From Macrostomum hystrix (Eukaryota > Animalia > Platyhelminthes), in the NCBI GenBank assembly GCA_950097015.1, contig CATNEN010000038.1:4402001-4466000 (forward strand): DNA of 64,000 nt. Direction: 5' to 3'. Both the position numbers and the translations under genes were made by a program. Positions 59,621 through 64,000 of this stretch are shown here, in pieces. The notes below the pieces were generated by a model that worked only from the letters and a program-made list of their open reading frames with translations, was not told the DNA's origin and did not search any database. Position 1 is the first letter of the stretch; every line of letters starts with the position of its first letter.

Positions 59621-60431
59621 TAGCCATTAGCTACTATTCTTACTGCAATTTGAGGCTTATAGCTACAGAATAGCATTCTTTGCTGTATCCAAAGTATTAT
59701 GCCACTATAATAACTATACTACTTAGCTCGTGTATTTCTATATTGTAACTAATTAGCTACTTCGCCCAAATTGGCGTGAATTGCACGACAACCCATGTGG
59801 CCTCACCGCGGGTTCGAACTCAGTAACTTTGGAGCAAATAGTCCTAAATTGATAAAATACAGCAATCCTTGATTGGGAATGAGGTTGCAAGTTGAATAAG
59901 AAAGTACAAAATAAGCAAATCGTTTAAAACATGATCTGCTAAAACACCAGCCCACCTGGGAGAAAAGTGTCCAGTGTTTTGCTGTGGTTTAACAACAGCA
60001 ATCTGAATGGCATATGAAAGCCAGCAGTAATTAAGGCAAATTCCATCATCTAGCAAACAATGGATAGCACCTAGATATTGTAAGTGGATTAGAAAGCAAA
60101 ATCAAGAAAATGAAAATGAGTGTAACAGCAAATCACAGATTTAGGAAGTTAAAAAAGTGTGGCAAATTTTCTAAAACTACTACTCATGCTCATTCCATTA
60201 TTATGATATTAAAATATGCGTGCATTAATATCGTGCAGATCATACGCATGCAATGTAGCTAGCTAGTGGCTGGACTACACAGTCATACGAAAGCCAGCAC
60301 GGGCCGCACTTTATTTGGCTAATGTAAAAATAGTATTTTGTTATTATGCATGGAGACGGCGGTGACGTGCCATTGCCACAGCGTGCCTGAGTCGCAGTGG
60401 CAAACTCAGGTGAAGTGCAGACAAGGCTGGG

Positions 60432-62388
60432 TTAGAGATCATTGTTGCGAATAAAGCGATTGCCCTCCGAGTGCTTGCCATAGTAGACATAGCGCGACTT
60501 GCCGAATGCCGCTGAAAGTTGATACGCGGATCAGTGAGTAGCTATGCGCTCTGTGCAGTTGCTGTTAAGTCAGCTACAATTCTAACAAGATTCCTGCTTC
60601 GATTCTAGCCTAATAGCTACGATTCCTGCTTCGATTCTAGCCTAAGAGCTACGATTCCTACTTGGATTCTAGCCTAATAGCTACGTTTCCTACTTCGATT
60701 CTAGCATAATAGCTACGATTCCTGCTGCGATTCTAGCCTAATAGCTACGATTCCTGCTGCGATTCTAGCATAATAGCTACGATTCCTGCTGCGATTCTAG
60801 CCTAATAGCTACGATTCCTGCTGCGATTCTAGCCTAATAGCTACGATTCCTGCTGCGATTCTAGCCTAATAACTACGATTCCTGCTGCGATTCTAGCATA
60901 ATAGCTACGATTCCTGCTGCGATTCTAGCCTAATAGCTACGATTCCTGCTGCGATTCTAGCCTAATAGCTACGATTCCTGCTGCGATTCTAGCCTAATAG
61001 CTACGATTCCTGCTGCGATTCTAGCCTAATAACTACGATTCCTGCTGCGATTCTAGCATAATAGCTACGATTCCTGCTGCGATTCTAGCCTAAGAACTAC
61101 GATTCCTGCTGCGATTCTAGCCTAATAGCTACGATTCCTGCTGCGATTCTAGCCTAATAGCTACGATTCCTGCTGCGATTCTAGCCTAATAGCTTCCGAT
61201 TCTAGCCTACGAGCTATGATTCCTGCTTCGATTCTAGCCTAAGAGCTACGATTCCTGCTTCGATTCTAGCCTAAGAGCTTCCGATTCCTGCTTCGATTCT
61301 AGCCTAATAGCTACGATTCCTACTTCGATTCTAGTCTAATAGCCTCGATTCCTATGAGGCTAGCATAGTAGTAGCCGGGGCTATAGCCTCTAGACACTGC
61401 TACAATAACATTATATTCTGTATGTCCATAGCATTATGTAACTATTGATATATATTGAACTATGTTTTTTAGTAGCGAAGAATCTAGCGCTAATTTCCAA
61501 AAAAAGATTTTCTTGAATCAAAGCAACGGTTCGAAGCTCACCCTTGTCCACAGAGTCCGGCTGAGAGGCGGGACCAGTTGGCAGCGGTGTGTACAGTTGC
61601 CTAGCAGCGTCCCCGCTGCCAGCCCCGCTATCATCATCATTGCCAGTGTCTGGCTGCAGTCGCACCTTCAACAGGTACCGGCCGCGCTGCTGAGCTTCGC
61701 GCCTCTCCGCGACCGTGACGGGACTGGAGTCCAGGTATTTCAAGTGAGGCAGCAGGTGCACAACTAGCAGGCGGTACCGGACAAAGTCGCCTTCGTCAAT
61801 GTCGGGAGTGGCCGAGTCCGGATCTTGGGCTAGCCGGCTGATGTGGTTGAAGATGTTGTCAGGGGCAGCCGGGTTGCCCAGCAGGCTGAGAAATTCCAGG
61901 CGTGGAGTCCGCCTAGCCAGCTCTGAGCACAGCCGCTCTAGGTCGGAAATCTAAATGAGATTAATTTTTAGAAAGCTGCATGGCAAGGCAGTTTGTTTTG
62001 CAAATGAGCCATAATTACTAAACATTATTAATTCTTTAAAAATGTAAAAAATTCCACCCTTCAAAAACAGCTCGCCTGTGACCTTGTTCTTATTTAGACT
62101 CAGAATCTCCAAGCAGGGCAGTTCAGGCAGCTGCAGGTCGCCATCCAGTTCATTGTCATCTGCTATGAGTGTCTTCAGCTGTGTCAGTGGAGCCAGTGAT
62201 GACAGACTCCTTGAACCAAACAAATTGAATAATTAGCTAACTAATAAGAACAAGCTTATGGCATCCTCAGTGTATAGCCAAATCAGTGCAGGTGCATACC
62301 TAAAGCAATTGTGTGAAATGTCCAGTGTCCCAGCTGTATTATCTACATCTGGTGGCAGTGCCTGCAATTCTTGCCAGCAATAACTCAT
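60432..62388 (-). CDS. LRMDA: Leucine-rich melanocyte differentiation-associated protein (C10orf11 homologue)
   Basis: Exons (-): 62388-62300, 62209-62083, 61950-61542, 60511-60432. LRRs (LDISHN, LKTLIADDNEL, LEILSLNKNKI, LEFLSLLGNPAAP), LRR cap YRLLVVHLLPHLKYLDSSPVT..ER.EA..RG, and the diagnostic C-terminus FGKSRYVYYGKHSEGNRFIRNNDL*. Confidence 0.93.
60580..61352. repeat. 32-bp minisatellite (CTACGATTCCTGCTGCGATTCTAGCCTAATAG)n
   Basis: In LRMDA intron 3; sister array of 58778-59620. Confidence 0.95.
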
Positions 62389-62884
62389 TTAAATTAAAGA
62401 ATAGCTGGAATTTGAGAAATGCACAAATAGAAAGGTTAGATTTCTTAAATGCTGGTAATAAGTTGATTAACTACAGTACAGAAATCAAATAAATATAATA
62501 CTGTTGCAGTCAATAAACACACAAGTGAGCATGAGTACAGTTGCACTTAAATAATGCCTCCACCTCTGCCAAGTTGGGGAGTTGCTTGCTAAGCTGGGGG
62601 TTGCAAAGTCATGCCACCTTTTTGCACCTCCCTAGGCCCCTCTCTCGCTCTTACAGAATTTCTTTAGATAAAAATGTAAACACAATGCAGCACACAATTT
62701 TGTTGCCATTCCAACTATTAAACAAAATGCCTTCTACCTTGACACTTAAAAAGTAGAAGACAATATCACCATCATTTTTTATGTGCTAGTAGAAAAAATT
62801 TTTGCATTAACACATGTTATATTTATGCAAAAAGTAAGTTTTGGTACAATAGTAGGCCCTAGATTTATTTAATTAGTTACCCTA

Positions 62885-63512
62885 TGTATAAAACATGGAT
62901 CTTGGCCCCACTGGGTTTACCATATAACAAAAATTTTGGCATAAGTATGGTTTCGTTCGTTAAACTCAAATTTGCGCAAAAATCAAAATTTAAGACCGTG
63001 ATCTTGTGGCAGTGTCTATGGCCAAAATTTACCCCATGGTCAGTGGCACTGACGTGGCAGTTGCGCTGGTGAGGAGCGCGATTTAAAATTCAAATCAGAC
63101 ACTTATTGATATGGCTGGCGGACGCCCATCAGCACCAATTGTCCTCATTGTCCTCGAAGTTCCCGCGTCCCCACTTCCGGCACTTCCTGCACTGTATCAC
63201 GTAGCACTTCGCTTTTGCGAAGCTTCAGCTGTAGCTTCTACCCAAAAGACATTATCCTGACGTTTCTCAATGTTACCCGTTATCCTTCTTACGCCAGTTA
63301 TTGTTTTTTGCACAAATTTGAGTTTAACAAACAAAACCATACTTATGCCAAAATTTTCAAAGGATTACCATTATTCTGACTTTTTTGCAATGAATTTAAG
63401 TAGTGATTCTGAAACATAAACTTTACAAATATTTATATAACTTATATCATGGAAAGTATATTTGTTGCTATAATGCCTCAACTCTAGTGGTCCCAGTGAT
63501 CCATGTTTTATA
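62885..63512. mobile_element. MITE / foldback element with bipartite inverted repeats
   Basis: GTATAAAACATGGATC / GATCCATGTTTTATAC, and AAAATTTTGGCATAAGTATGGTTT..AAACTCAAATTTG (62931-62980) vs its reverse complement at ~63305-63357. Confidence 0.75.
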
Positions 63513-64000
63513 CACATCATACAGAGAAAACTACAGGTCCTAGGCCTATCCTCTAGTTATAAAATGATAGGGCCTATCAAGTAAATAGTTAAATATATTT
63601 ATTTGGGAAAAATGTTACCTTTACATCTAGAGCTTTTGATTTGAGCATAAAACTGCATGCCTTTTTGTTTCTATAGGCTATAGGCTAGCTATATAAATTA
63701 TAAGTTAGCTAAAAGGAGAAAACTGACTAGCTAGATAAAAATTGCACAGTTGCAACTAATTATGTCAGTATGTCAGTATAATTACCTTTTCATTTCTGAA
63801 AAGTGCAATAAACATACAGAAAAGTATTTTGCTTCGTTTACAAAAAACTAAAAGAAAAAACACCAGCCCCAGTTCTAAGCCTTAGTTAGCTATACAAACA
63901 CTTTTTACACTTCAGAACAAGATTAGTCTTTTTATTTCAGTCTAAACTTTAGCATGTTTTCTGGTGAAAAGCATTCAAACTTTAATACATAATTATAGTT

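Noticed and set aside
58778-61352. 32-bp repeats (and 33-bp repeats at 49828-50195) resembling CRISPR arrays
   Set aside because: Head-to-tail units with no unique spacers, no cas genes, and a eukaryotic context.

Overview
Eukaryotic (metazoan) genomic DNA with spliceosomal introns. The GC-rich exons and minisatellite-filled introns suggest the flatworm Macrostomum, but this is inference only. Genes reconstructed by hand from splice sites: ERCC6/CSB (11 coding exons, - strand, ~4.0-13.6 kb); three paralogues of a secreted PAN/Apple + ALK/LTK-type glycine-rich-domain protein (A: last exon only, + strand; B: intact, - strand; C: pseudogene, - strand); a 16-exon Ig/FN3/DB-module type I membrane protein (IGDB-like, 33.0-52.4 kb); ALG11; and LRMDA (C10orf11). 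Mobile DNA includes a nest at 28-31.4 kb (IS630/Tc1-type element > ~150 bp unknown insert > Harbinger with a deleted transposase but an intact Myb/SANT ORF), two related tRNA-derived SINE families sharing a covarying structured 3' domain, a piggyBac-type MITE, Helitron-like elements, LINE fragments and more than 20 minisatellite arrays, many with a GATTC core. Most long ORFs in the supplied track are repeat or antisense artefacts. Coordinates were counted by eye, and repeat boundaries are approximate.
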